59,917 bases of DNA, taken from an uncultured Ignavibacteriales bacterium. Lineage in GTDB: Bacteria; Zixibacteria; MSB-5A5; GN15; JAAZOE01. The notes under the pieces are model-generated. The model was not told the origin of the DNA, did no database searches, and saw nothing but the letters and a program-made list of their open reading frames with translations. Shown in pieces: positions 30,107-41,158 of the stretch (position 1 is its first letter; every line of letters begins with the position of its first letter). The stretch covers positions 1-59,917 of the forward strand of contig CAZSYD010000012.1 in the NCBI GenBank assembly GCA_964611355.1, written 5' to 3'. The position numbers and the translations under genes are program-made.

Positions 30107-30655
30107 ATGCTGGCGCATCAGGTAGCAAAGAAATATTCGACGGCGCTGTTCAATATCGTTCGTGAAAAAGGGCTGATCGACAAGGCCTACGAACAGTTCG
30201 AGGACCTCGATAATCTGGTTAAGACCGATAAGTCGCTTTTGCGATTTCTTCTGGCTCCTCATATTCTTGACCGGAATAAAGTCGCCCTGATTAAAGACGT
30301 CTTCGATCCCCGTCTGGATCCGCTTTTTGTCGAATTCCTGCTGGTGCTGATTGATAAACACCGGGTCGGCTTTTTGCATGGGATAATCGAGGAGTTCCGC
30401 GAACTGGTGGCCGAGCAACGGGGCATGGTCGTAGCCCGGGTTACTACCGTCAAGCCGCTGAATGACGGTCAGAGAAGCGCTCTGATTGAGCGGCTGAAAT
30501 CGAAAACCGGCAAATCGGTCGAACTTGACGAAAAGGTCGATCCGTCGATTTTAGGCGGCATGATCGTCATCTTGGGAGACCAGATTATAGACGGCTCGGT
30601 CAGACATCATCTGTCGCTTTTGAAAGAGGAATTGATGAAGCTGAAGGTTGCCTGA
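30107..30655 (+). CDS. atpH: ATP synthase F1 delta
   Basis: VAKKYSTALF and VDPSILGG...IDGS motifs. Confidence 0.95.
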   Translation: MLAHQVAKKYSTALFNIVREKGLIDKAYEQFEDLDNLVKTDKSLLRFLLAPHILDRNKVALIKDVFDPRLDPLFVEFLLVLIDKHRVGFLHGIIEEFRELVAEQRGMVVARVTTVKPLNDGQRSALIERLKSKTGKSVELDEKVDPSILGGMIVILGDQIIDGSVRHHLSLLKEELMKLKVA

Positions 30656-30732
30656 GAATACGCGTTTTCATCCGGCCTTCGGCGCTGACGCAATTATGGA
30701 CAAGAGAACTTTATATACGGGAGTAGCGCCTT

Positions 30733-32253
30733 ATGGGTCTCAATCCTGAAGAGGTCTCATCGGTCATACAAAAAGAGATCGCCAAGTATGAGACCAAGCT
30801 TGAAATGGAATCTGTCGGCACCGTCCTTCAGGTCGGCGACGGTATTGCCCGCGTTTGGGGCCTCGAAGACGTGATGATGTCGGAGCTGGTCACGTTCCCC
30901 GGCGATGTCACCGGAGTGGTGCTTAACCTCGAAGAGGATAACGTCGGGGTGGCCATTTTCGGCAGTGATCTAGGTATTAAAGAGGGCGATACCGTCCGCA
31001 GAACCGGCAAGGTGGCCCGGGTGCCGGTCGGCGATGCACTGGTCGGGCGCGTGGTCAACTCGATCGGCGAACCGCTGGACGGCAAAGGTCCAGTTGTTAC
31101 CGACAAGTATCGTCTGCTCGAAGGTCTTGCGCCCAACGTGGTCCAGCGGCAACCGGTGAAAGAACCGCTGATGACCGGGCTTAAGGCCATTGATTCGATG
31201 ATTCCGATCGGCCGCGGACAGCGCGAGCTTGTTATCGGCGACCGCCAGACCGGCAAAACGGCTATTGTGCTCGATACCATTATCAACCAGAAAGACACCG
31301 ACGTTTATTGTATATATGTGGCCATCGGCCAGAAGGCCTCCAGCGTGGCGCGGGTGGTGGAGACACTGGACAAGTATGGCGCCATGGAATATACCACCGT
31401 GGTTTCGGCCACGGCCAATGACCCTTCGCCGCTCCAGTATATCGCCCCGTATGCCGGCTGTGCCATAGGTGAAGAGTTCATGTACACCGGCCGTCATGCG
31501 GTTGTATTCTATGACGACCTGTCCAAGCAGGCTCAGGCGTACCGCCAATTATCCCTGCTTCTGCGCCGTCCGCCGGGACGCGAGGCGTATCCGGGCGATA
31601 TTTTCTATTGCCACTCCCGCCTCCTGGAACGGGCAGCCAAACTCTCCGAGGAGAAAGGCGGCGGATCGTTGACGGCTTTGCCGATAATCGAAACTCAGGC
31701 CGGCGACGTTTCGGCCTATATCCCGACCAACGTGATTTCAATCACTGACGGCCAGATTTACCTTGAGCCGGACCTGTTCTTCGCCGGTGTTCGGCCGGCG
31801 ATTAACGTCGGCATATCGGTTTCCCGGGTCGGTGGAAACGCTCAGTCCAAGGCGATGCGAAAAGTCGCCGGTTCGCTCCGGCTGGATCTGGCCCAGTATC
31901 GCGAACTGGCCGCTTTCGCGCAGTTTGGTTCCGACCTCGATGCCGCTACCGTAAAGCAGCTTACCCGCGGTGAGAGAATGGTCGAGATTCTCAAGCAGGA
32001 TCAATACGTGCCGCAGTCGCTGGCGCGCCAGGTAACTATTATCTGGGCCGGCGCAAACGGCTATCTTGACGATATTCCGGTGGAAACGATAGCGAAATTC
32101 GAGGAAGAATATCTCGACTTTGTCGAGAAGGAATTCCCCGATATCATGCACGCTATTGCCGGCGAGAAAACGATATCGGATGAAACCGACAAAAAACTGA
32201 ATGATTCGGTAAAGAAGTTCAAGGAGCAGTTCAAGGCGGCAGGCGAAAAATAA
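30733..32253 (+). CDS. atpA: ATP synthase F1 alpha
   Basis: GDRQTGKT and PGREAYPGD motifs. Confidence 0.99.
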   Translation: MGLNPEEVSSVIQKEIAKYETKLEMESVGTVLQVGDGIARVWGLEDVMMSELVTFPGDVTGVVLNLEEDNVGVAIFGSDLGIKEGDTVRRTGKVARVPVGDALVGRVVNSIGEPLDGKGPVVTDKYRLLEGLAPNVVQRQPVKEPLMTGLKAIDSMIPIGRGQRELVIGDRQTGKTAIVLDTIINQKDTDVYCIYVAIGQKASSVARVVETLDKYGAMEYTTVVSATANDPSPLQYIAPYAGCAIGEEFMYTGRHAVVFYDDLSKQAQAYRQLSLLLRRPPGREAYPGDIFYCHSRLLERAAKLSEEKGGGSLTALPIIETQAGDVSAYIPTNVISITDGQIYLEPDLFFAGVRPAINVGISVSRVGGNAQSKAMRKVAGSLRLDLAQYRELAAFAQFGSDLDAATVKQLTRGERMVEILKQDQYVPQSLARQVTIIWAGANGYLDDIPVETIAKFEEEYLDFVEKEFPDIMHAIAGEKTISDETDKKLNDSVKKFKEQFKAAGEK

Positions 32254-33117
32254 ATGGCGACGCTTCGAGATATAAAAAAGCGAATTCGGTCCGTTAAATC
32301 GACGCGGCAGATTACCCGGGCGATGAAAATGGTGGCCGCCGCCCGACTGCGCAAGGCGCAACTTCAGGCGGAACAATCCCGCCCCTACGCCGAAAAGATG
32401 TCCGAGATGCTTGGCTCTCTTTCGGCGGCGGCGACCGAAAAGCTGTCGCATCCTTTTTTCGAGAAACGTGAAGTAAAAAATCAGACGCTGGTGATGATTG
32501 CATCCGATCGCGGTCTCTGCGGCGCTTTTAATACCAATCTGATCCGCATGGCCGAGGGCTGGCTCTCGGAAAGGGATACCGGTAAATCGGAACTGGTTTG
32601 TGTTGGCCGCCGTGGACATCTCTATTTCCGTCGGCGGAAGTGGCCGATCGTGTCGGCTTACAACGAGTTCAACGCCAGCCTCGATTTTCCAATGGTGCGT
32701 GATCTGGTTGGTTATTTGACCGACCGTTTTACTACCGGTCAGACCGATGAAATATATCTCCTTTACACCAAGTTTTATTCCATCGCCAGGGTGACTGTAA
32801 CTCTGGAGAAATATCTCAATATCGACCGGCCGGAAAACGGGGAAAGCGTTACTGCAGGACCTTATATTTTTGAACCGGACCCTGATGCCATCTTCTCGGA
32901 GCTTCTGCCCCGGTACACCATGATTCGGCTGCAGGCGGCGCTGGCCGATTCGTTCGCTTCGGAGCACGCCACTCGTATGATGGCCATGACCATCGCCACC
33001 AGTAACGCCGAAGAAATGATCGACCACCTGACACTGAAGTATAACAAGGCGCGTCAGGCGTCTATTACAAAAGATCTTCTGGAAGTCGTCTCCGGTGCCG
33101 AGGCGCTGAGGACATAA
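32254..33117 (+). CDS. atpG: ATP synthase F1 gamma
   Basis: ITRAMKMVAA, DRGLCG and RQASIT motifs. Confidence 0.98.
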   Translation: MATLRDIKKRIRSVKSTRQITRAMKMVAAARLRKAQLQAEQSRPYAEKMSEMLGSLSAAATEKLSHPFFEKREVKNQTLVMIASDRGLCGAFNTNLIRMAEGWLSERDTGKSELVCVGRRGHLYFRRRKWPIVSAYNEFNASLDFPMVRDLVGYLTDRFTTGQTDEIYLLYTKFYSIARVTVTLEKYLNIDRPENGESVTAGPYIFEPDPDAIFSELLPRYTMIRLQAALADSFASEHATRMMAMTIATSNAEEMIDHLTLKYNKARQASITKDLLEVVSGAEALRT

Positions 33118-33211
33118 ACTATATATAAACTACGGCCGGAGAGGCTTTGGAAATAAAAGACTAACCGGCCGGGTGGAAGTGAAAAAGTCAGTTTGTATAG
33201 CGGAGTTTTGA

Positions 33212-34626
<1,415 letters not shown>

Positions 34627-34627
<1 letters not shown>

Positions 34628-35025
34628 TGTACAGTCTTTCGATTGTCACGCCGGAAGAGATTGTCTACGAAGAAGATGTTGCTTCGATCATCGCCCCCGG
34701 CGGGGCGGGGTATCTGGGCATCCTGAGCAATCATGCCCCGATAATTACCTCGCTTAAACCGGGCAAACTGACGGTCACGGATAAATCGGGCAATGAAATT
34801 ACCCTTGCCGTTTCCGGCGGCTTTCTGGAAAATTCGTCCAACCGGTGCACCATCCTGGCGGACGCGGCCGAGTTTGCCGGCGATATTGATCTCGAACGGG
34901 CCGGGGAGTCTCTTGAACGCGCCCGTCAACGAATTCGCAATGTCGTTGGAGATATTGACTTTGGCCGGGCCAGGGCTTCATACGAGAGGGCCAGAAACCG
35001 AATAAAAATAGCATCCGCAGAATAA
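34627..35025 (+). CDS. atpC: ATP synthase F1 epsilon
   Basis: IVTPE, G.LGIL.NHAP and VSGGF motifs. Confidence 0.96.
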
Positions 35026-35034
35026 GGCGTTATT

Positions 35035-36354
35035 TCAATCGCCATCCAGTTTTTTCAATTTTTTATACAAATGCGATCTTTCCAGACCGAGGCGGCGGGC
35101 GGCTTCGGCCATGTTGCCGCCGCACAGGCTGATCGCATTATTGATATAATCCGATTCAAAGCAGTCAACGGCATCTTTCAACGGCTCTATTTCTTTACCG
35201 GCACGTATCGGCAGAAACGACTGTATGTCGCCTTTTGAAGCTTCCTGCTTGTCGATGTAGATCGATATTCTTTCGGCGATATTTTTCAGTTCCCTGACGT
35301 TGCCGGGATATCCATAACCGACCAGAATATCCATCGCCTTCGAATCGATTTTAATCGGAATACCGCCTGACTGCTGCGCGAAGACGTTCAGGAAATGCTC
35401 GTACAGAAGCGATATATCATCTTTTCTCTCCCGCAACGGGGGAATATTTATGGTAACCACGTTGAGCCGGTAGAAGAGGTCCTGGCGGAAGCTTCCCCTG
35501 TCAACCAGCTTGAGGATATCGCGATTGGTGGCGGCGATAACATTCAAATCAATATGAAACGTTTCGCTCGAACCGACCGGCCGCAGTTCGCCGTTTTCCA
35601 GGATGCGCAATATCTTGGCCTGCGCTTCCTGCCGCATGTCGGCGATCTCGTCAAGAAAGATTGTTCCACGGTCAGCCTCGGTAAAACGACCCGTCTTGTC
35701 GCTTGTCGCTCCGGTAAACGATCCCTTAATATGCCCGAACAGTTCCGATTCAATCAGCTCCGACGGCAGTGCGGCGCAATTAACCGGAACGAACGGGCCG
35801 GATTTGTATCGACAGCGTTCATGAATCATTCTGGCAACAAGTTCCTTGCCGGTGCCGTTCTCACCGAGAATAAGAAAACGATTCGAGCGTGACGCCGTCT
35901 TTTCTATTTCCTTTTTTATCCTTTTTATCTCGGCAGACCGGCCGATAAAACTGCCGTAAACAAGTTGAGACAGGGCTTTATTTTCTTCCTGCAGCTTTTC
36001 GGTTTTCAGCACGTTTTCGATGGTTATAAGCACACGGTCGAGCGAGAGCGGTTTTTCAAGGAAATCGGATGCGCCCAAATGCATCGCCCTGACCGCCGTT
36101 TCAATTCCGGAATGTCCCGATATCATCACCACCGGCGGGCCGTCTTCCATTTCCTTTATTTCGCTCAATAATTCCACGCCGTCTCCATCGGGAAGCATCA
36201 CATCGAGAAGTATCAGATCATATTTGGGAAACTCTTTTTCCCGGCTCCCTTTGATATTGGCTGCCGTATCAACCCGGTAGCCACGACGGCTCAGGGCGGC
36301 CGAAAGGGTCCTTCGGATTTCATGTTCATCGTCTATCAAAAGTATATCAGGCAT
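35035..36354 (-). CDS. Sigma54-dependent response regulator (NtrC/NtrX family)
   Basis: REC domain (IDDE, LLDVMLP), GENGTGKE, ESELFGH..GSFTGA, PGNVREL and Fis-type HTH. Confidence 0.93.
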   Translation of the reverse strand: MPDILLIDDEHEIRRTLSAALSRRGYRVDTAANIKGSREKEFPKYDLILLDVMLPDGDGVELLSEIKEMEDGPPVVMISGHSGIETAVRAMHLGASDFLEKPLSLDRVLITIENVLKTEKLQEENKALSQLVYGSFIGRSAEIKRIKKEIEKTASRSNRFLILGENGTGKELVARMIHERCRYKSGPFVPVNCAALPSELIESELFGHIKGSFTGATSDKTGRFTEADRGTIFLDEIADMRQEAQAKILRILENGELRPVGSSETFHIDLNVIAATNRDILKLVDRGSFRQDLFYRLNVVTINIPPLRERKDDISLLYEHFLNVFAQQSGGIPIKIDSKAMDILVGYGYPGNVRELKNIAERISIYIDKQEASKGDIQSFLPIRAGKEIEPLKDAVDCFESDYINNAISLCGGNMAEAARRLGLERSHLYKKLKKLDGD

Positions 36355-38011
36355 TTTTCTGCGGCAGGGAGACGACAACCCGCGCGCCTCTCGCGCCTCC
36401 CGCCCCTCCTTCGGTTATATTCTCCAGCGTCACACTACCCTCATGGTCATGGACAATCCGCTGGCAGATGACCAGCCCCAATCCGCTGCCGTCCTCTTTA
36501 GTTGAAAAATACGGGGTGATTCCCTCATCCAGAATTTTATCAGGGAAACCGGGCCCGCTGTCTTCGACTATCAATACGAGTTGGCTGTCCTTATTTGCCA
36601 CCTGAACGGCAACTCTCCCACCGCCCGATTCCAGTCCGTTTTTAATCAGGTTGATGAGGACCTGTCTGAACTGATCGGCATCGACAAAAATATCGGGGCA
36701 GGTTAATTGGTTATCAATCTGCAACCTTCCCTGCGAAATCTCTTCCCTGAACAGGACCAAAAGCTCTTCGATAAACGAACCGCCGTCGATTCTCCTTACC
36801 TCCGGCGCCGGCATCCTGGCGAACGAGGAGAACTCATTAATCAGTTTCTTCAACCGATCCACTTCTCGTTTGATTGTGGCCGTGGAACCGTCGAGGATCT
36901 GTTTGAAATCGGAACGTTCTTCGTCGTAGCTGCGCTTGAGGTCATCGGCGGCAATGGCGATTGGCGTCAGCGGATTTTTTACCTCGTGAGCGATTTTTCG
37001 CCCGATAGTCTGCCAGGCGGCGATCTTCTGTGAAACGATCAGCCTGTCACGGTATTGACCAAGCTGTTTCATCATCCGGTTGAATGATTCGGCAAGTTCG
37101 GCGAATTCACCGGAGCCTTCTTCACTGACAGCCTGAGTAAAGTCCCCCGAAGCCACTCGACCGGCTCCATCGGTCAGAGCGGCTATCCTGCGCCTGGTCT
37201 GCGATGAAAAGTACAATCCGGTCGGTATGACAACGAGCAGTGAAAAAACTATTACTGCGATAACGGCGGTAATAAAGTCGGAAAAAAGAGAACGGCGGTC
37301 AATCGGATGAAAGCAAGCCTTGAGTTGAAAATCGGAATCAGGATTATCCAGAAGCAACGCCTGCAGCTTCCCGCCTGACCTGTACGGTATGCCGGTTTCC
37401 CGCCTTTCCCCGGATACCTGCTTTAAACCATCTTCGTCTCGAATATCAGTAGCGACAATATCGGCGCGCATGATGGCTGATGCCAGTTCATTGAGTTGCC
37501 CGTCCAGAAAAATACCGCCCGCCAAACAGCCGCTTTCGGTTGTAGCTGTAATCACAATCGCAGGGTGCGATCCGTGCAGATCATTTTCATACCTGAAAAA
37601 TGGTAAACCCTCTGCGGAATTCTCAATCTTCCCTGCATCAATAAGTATTTGGCCTACCAGGGCCGGGCGGTCGGCGGATAATAGTATTTTGCCCGATGCG
37701 TCCGCGTACTCCACGAAGTCAAGCGAAAGCAGCGGCAGCCGGTATTTCCCGTCAGGACGCTTTCTCGCGGCCAGACCCATCTCCAGAAGCTGAAAATCAC
37801 GGCTTTCTTTAATATATATCACGTTGGCCCGGATACGCTCGGCGGCATTTTCCAGCAGATTGGAAAAGCGAATCACGGCGGCTTCGGCCTCACGATGTTC
37901 GATTCGTTTGACCTGCTGGGATATGCCCGCGATCACAATAACGGTAATCAACGCCGTGGGAATCAGCGCGGCAAGTATAAGAGTCAGCCTTAATCGTCCG
38001 GTAAAGCTCAT
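36347..38011 (-). CDS. Membrane HAMP sensor histidine kinase (NtrY-like)
   Basis: Two TMs, HAMP, AW....KIAHEVKNPLTPI, D.GPG and GSGLGL. Confidence 0.92.
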   Translation of the reverse strand: MSFTGRLRLTLILAALIPTALITVIVIAGISQQVKRIEHREAEAAVIRFSNLLENAAERIRANVIYIKESRDFQLLEMGLAARKRPDGKYRLPLLSLDFVEYADASGKILLSADRPALVGQILIDAGKIENSAEGLPFFRYENDLHGSHPAIVITATTESGCLAGGIFLDGQLNELASAIMRADIVATDIRDEDGLKQVSGERRETGIPYRSGGKLQALLLDNPDSDFQLKACFHPIDRRSLFSDFITAVIAVIVFSLLVVIPTGLYFSSQTRRRIAALTDGAGRVASGDFTQAVSEEGSGEFAELAESFNRMMKQLGQYRDRLIVSQKIAAWQTIGRKIAHEVKNPLTPIAIAADDLKRSYDEERSDFKQILDGSTATIKREVDRLKKLINEFSSFARMPAPEVRRIDGGSFIEELLVLFREEISQGRLQIDNQLTCPDIFVDADQFRQVLINLIKNGLESGGGRVAVQVANKDSQLVLIVEDSGPGFPDKILDEGITPYFSTKEDGSGLGLVICQRIVHDHEGSVTLENITEGGAGGARGARVVVSLPQKNA

Positions 38012-39693
38012 GGCGAATTTTCCGTATCGGTCTGGAGTTTAAGGCTCTTGAATTTGACTATCTTATTCAACACGGGATATCCATAAAAATCGAAACCGAT
38101 ATTTCTTACACCCGCCGTGGTAACAGCAAAAACATGCGGGCGGAACAGGGTAAAACAGGCGCACGTTTCCACTACTGTTTCTTCGGCACGCCTGAAGAAT
38201 TTGTTGCGGTTGGCCCTCTCGCGAAGCCGCGAACCCCGGTCGCAGTCACTCCAGCCGGGTCGGTCGAGTTTTTTGTTGGACGGTATCATCGCGTTTTGAT
38301 CATTAAGTTCCAGCACAGCCGCAAAAAGAGCAAACGGAACAATATCGTCTGAAGCAGGCAAAAAGGCGATTCGGATGTCATACCCATTTCCCGGCGCATA
38401 TCTTTCCATATCCGCGCTCAAACCTTCGCGGGCGGATATGTCGGCCAGGTAGCGGGCTGTTTCCGTAAGCAGTGGATAATCGTACACAACTTTGATTTGA
38501 TCAGTGCCGGTTCTGATTGACCGATGGAGCGCTTTCCCTTTTGAAAAGTCATACGGATAATAACGTTCATTGCGCAAGACGCCCGCGCTGTCCGGAACCT
38601 GAAGAACCAGCCACCGATTGGTCGGAACGGCTTCACCGAACGGGAAAAACAGGTGCGATCGGGAGGGATCAAAGCGGTAATAAAGAGAAGTGGGGAAACG
38701 CCCGCCGGAAAAGATATCGCCGCCGATACCGGCCATCATGACGGCGATATCCGGGTAAAGCGATTCGGCTTGATGTTTTCCCGCCAGCACGTCGTCAAAC
38801 CCGAAACCGATATATCCGTCAAGCATCCCCTGTTCGAAAGAAAACTTCATCCGAAACGATTGACTGAAATATTTAACGACCAGTTTGCCTAAGGCTGGAG
38901 GATCGCCGCGATAATAAATGTTTGGAATAAAAGTTTTCTGATTTGCCTTAATCCGGTCAACGTCGATCAACGCTCCGGTGCCCCGAAGCCGTTTATTATA
39001 GATCGCAAAATCCGGGTGACTGAGAAAATACAGCACGCGCGGAAGCGGATGATAAAACGTAAGGCGGAGCGAAAAGCCGTCCATCAACTCGATGCCGCCC
39101 GAATCGATCGGAAGCAATTTGGAAAAGAAATACCTGACCGGATACGACCGACTGTATTTTTTCAAATCCTCCAGGCACGATGCCAACGTCTCGGCGTCAA
39201 GACGGCTGCCGTCTGAAAACCTGATATTTAGCGGCAGATACAACTCGAGAAGGTTCCCGACCAGCCGCGCGGAGTCAACCAGATTCGGATATATGGAATC
39301 GCCTTGCCGCAGAAAAAGGGTTTCATGTTCGAGCCTGAATTTATCAAGCGGCATATCGGCGCCCAGCGTTATGATCGCCGCGGAATCGATATCGGAAATA
39401 GTCAATCGGGCGATGCAATCGGAGGTGATGTTCAGGCTGTCAAGATCGGCTATCGGTCGGCTGTACGATATCCCCGGCCCGACATATTCGATCAGTCCCG
39501 CAGTAACCGAGTCGCCGTTACACACTATCCGAAAGGGCGAACCGACGTATAAGCCGAGTTCTGTTCCTCCGGCAAAATAAATACGGTCAAGCCTGACCTG
39601 GAGAATATCAGTCTCGACATCCTGAGACAGGGACGGCGATACCAGCGTCGCCGGATAAAGCAAAAGCAAAAGCGCGATTTTTTTCATACTCAC
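38008..39693 (-). CDS. Exported family-5 solute-binding-like protein with no adjacent permease
   Basis: Signal peptide; RFSDGSRLDA resembles the SBP_bac_5 FHDG.P..A motif; GTG and N..Y.G motifs; 4-nt overlap with the kinase. Confidence 0.6.
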   Translation of the reverse strand: MSMKKIALLLLLYPATLVSPSLSQDVETDILQVRLDRIYFAGGTELGLYVGSPFRIVCNGDSVTAGLIEYVGPGISYSRPIADLDSLNITSDCIARLTISDIDSAAIITLGADMPLDKFRLEHETLFLRQGDSIYPNLVDSARLVGNLLELYLPLNIRFSDGSRLDAETLASCLEDLKKYSRSYPVRYFFSKLLPIDSGGIELMDGFSLRLTFYHPLPRVLYFLSHPDFAIYNKRLRGTGALIDVDRIKANQKTFIPNIYYRGDPPALGKLVVKYFSQSFRMKFSFEQGMLDGYIGFGFDDVLAGKHQAESLYPDIAVMMAGIGGDIFSGGRFPTSLYYRFDPSRSHLFFPFGEAVPTNRWLVLQVPDSAGVLRNERYYPYDFSKGKALHRSIRTGTDQIKVVYDYPLLTETARYLADISAREGLSADMERYAPGNGYDIRIAFLPASDDIVPFALFAAVLELNDQNAMIPSNKKLDRPGWSDCDRGSRLRERANRNKFFRRAEETVVETCACFTLFRPHVFAVTTAGVRNIGFDFYGYPVLNKIVKFKSLKLQTDTENSP

Positions 39694-39739
39694 CCATATG
39701 CGAGGAAATTCATGATCATAATATAGTTTTTATTCCCCC

Positions 39740-39755
39740 GTGTCAATTATGACAC
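39740..39755. promoter_or_regulatory. Palindrome, candidate enhancer-binding-protein site
   Basis: GTGTCA-ATTA-TGACAC perfect 6-bp inverted repeat in the divergent intergenic region. Confidence 0.55.
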
Positions 39756-39819
39756 AGATTCGCCGTCAATGTTTTCACATACGACCTGAAACTTGTTGCC
39801 TGACACCGCATTGCGATTC

Positions 39820-39834
39820 CGGCACGTTTCTTGA
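39820..39834 (+). promoter_or_regulatory. Candidate sigma54 promoter (GA variant at -12)
   Basis: CGGCACGTTTCTTGA, i.e. GG-N10-GA with a near-perfect -24 element. Confidence 0.5.
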
Positions 39835-39882
39835 CATAAACCTTTACAGACAAACCCGCAACCCTTAAACGAGGAGGAAAAA

Positions 39883-40974
39883 ATGAATACAAGGATTTTA
39901 CTCATCACTCTGGCCGGAATGGCTCTGGGAATGGCGCTTTTAGTAACCGGCTGTTCTTCAGACGAACAGAAAGGAGCCAAAGGCGAATCCGTCACCGACG
40001 TTTTGGTTGATAATCTGGTCGAGAGCACTTTTGCCGCCGTCGAACCGGAATCCGTCGACGTTGCGTATGCGGTTGATAGCGGCAACAGTCCGCAGGAGGT
40101 TACAATTGATAGCGATATCGTCGAACAGGACGGTCCGGCTGTGTTGGATATGGTCCTCAAAGACAATACCATCCATGCCATTGTTGAAGGCGGGATTCTC
40201 CTGCACGATCTGACCGACGGTAATAATCTCCTTATCCCTTTTGATGAACCGATCGGAGCCATTGCCGATCTTGGCGAGAAGATTCTTGTCGGCGGAAACA
40301 ATCTTTATACTCTCGACGGCGATGTCCTTTCCGACGAAGATTACCAGCTTAACCTTTCCGGGCCGATAACGGTTCTGCATCGTCACGGATTGAACCTCCT
40401 GATCGGCACCACCGACGGCCTGTATCAACTCAGCATCGGCGGCATCCGCGAACTGGCGCAGGGCATTCACGTGTCGGCTCTTGCGTCTGATTTCAATGGA
40501 GGTATCTGGGTGGGTACCGGAGGCGACGGACTTTATTTCTGGAACGGCGAACAATTCCGCAAGCGTTACCTCAGCCGCGATTCGACTCTCTTTGATAACG
40601 TCACAGCGCTGACTTACAATCACAATCATCTCTATCTCGGAACCGACAGAGGATTTTACGTATATGACGGCGGCCGCTGGCAGCCGTACGACCTGGCCGA
40701 TGGTCTGCCTTCGGAGACGATTACTTTCATCAATGCTGACGATTGGGTAATTAAAGTCGGCACCGCGCGGGGTGCGGTTACCTTTTTCAACAATGAATTC
40801 AAGTTGATGCCCCGTTTCGAACGACTGGTCGTCAATCGGCTGATCAAAGCTGACGGGAAATATCTGGCGGCAACGGCCAATAGCGGCCTGGTGATGATCT
40901 CCGGAGGACTTATCACCACCCTTTACGACGGAGAAACCAAAGCCGCACCGGTGGCGTTGGAAGACACATACTAA
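39883..40974 (+). CDS. Lipoprotein with beta-propeller (Reg_prop-like) repeats
   Basis: Lipobox VTGC; repeats GGIWVGTGGDGL, LYLGTDRG and DGLPSETI; GAGGAGG SD. Confidence 0.78.
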   Translation: MNTRILLITLAGMALGMALLVTGCSSDEQKGAKGESVTDVLVDNLVESTFAAVEPESVDVAYAVDSGNSPQEVTIDSDIVEQDGPAVLDMVLKDNTIHAIVEGGILLHDLTDGNNLLIPFDEPIGAIADLGEKILVGGNNLYTLDGDVLSDEDYQLNLSGPITVLHRHGLNLLIGTTDGLYQLSIGGIRELAQGIHVSALASDFNGGIWVGTGGDGLYFWNGEQFRKRYLSRDSTLFDNVTALTYNHNHLYLGTDRGFYVYDGGRWQPYDLADGLPSETITFINADDWVIKVGTARGAVTFFNNEFKLMPRFERLVVNRLIKADGKYLAATANSGLVMISGGLITTLYDGETKAAPVALEDTY

Positions 40975-40998
40975 CCGACACCTCCTCCATCATCCTCC

Positions 40999-41036
40999 GA
41001 CAAGCCCCGCCTGGTTACCATCAGGCGGGGCTTGTC
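40999..41036 (+). terminator. Strong hairpin after the lipoprotein gene
   Basis: 15-bp stem GACAAGCCCCGCCTG/CAGGCGGGGCTTGTC. Confidence 0.7.
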
Positions 41037-41077
41037 CGTCTGTTGTCAATTCGCGATCTCAAAGATATCCGGATAAT

Positions 41078-41129
41078 AAAAAAAGCCGGCCTCTCATCGG
41101 GTGGCAAGACCCGACAGAAGAGACCGGCT
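41078..41129 (-). terminator. Terminator after the S9 peptidase gene
   Basis: Extended stem AGCCGG...CCGGCT with an A7 run (U-tail on minus strand). Confidence 0.7.
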
Positions 41130-41158
41130 GTATTATCGGCTATATATAAATCCCTGCC

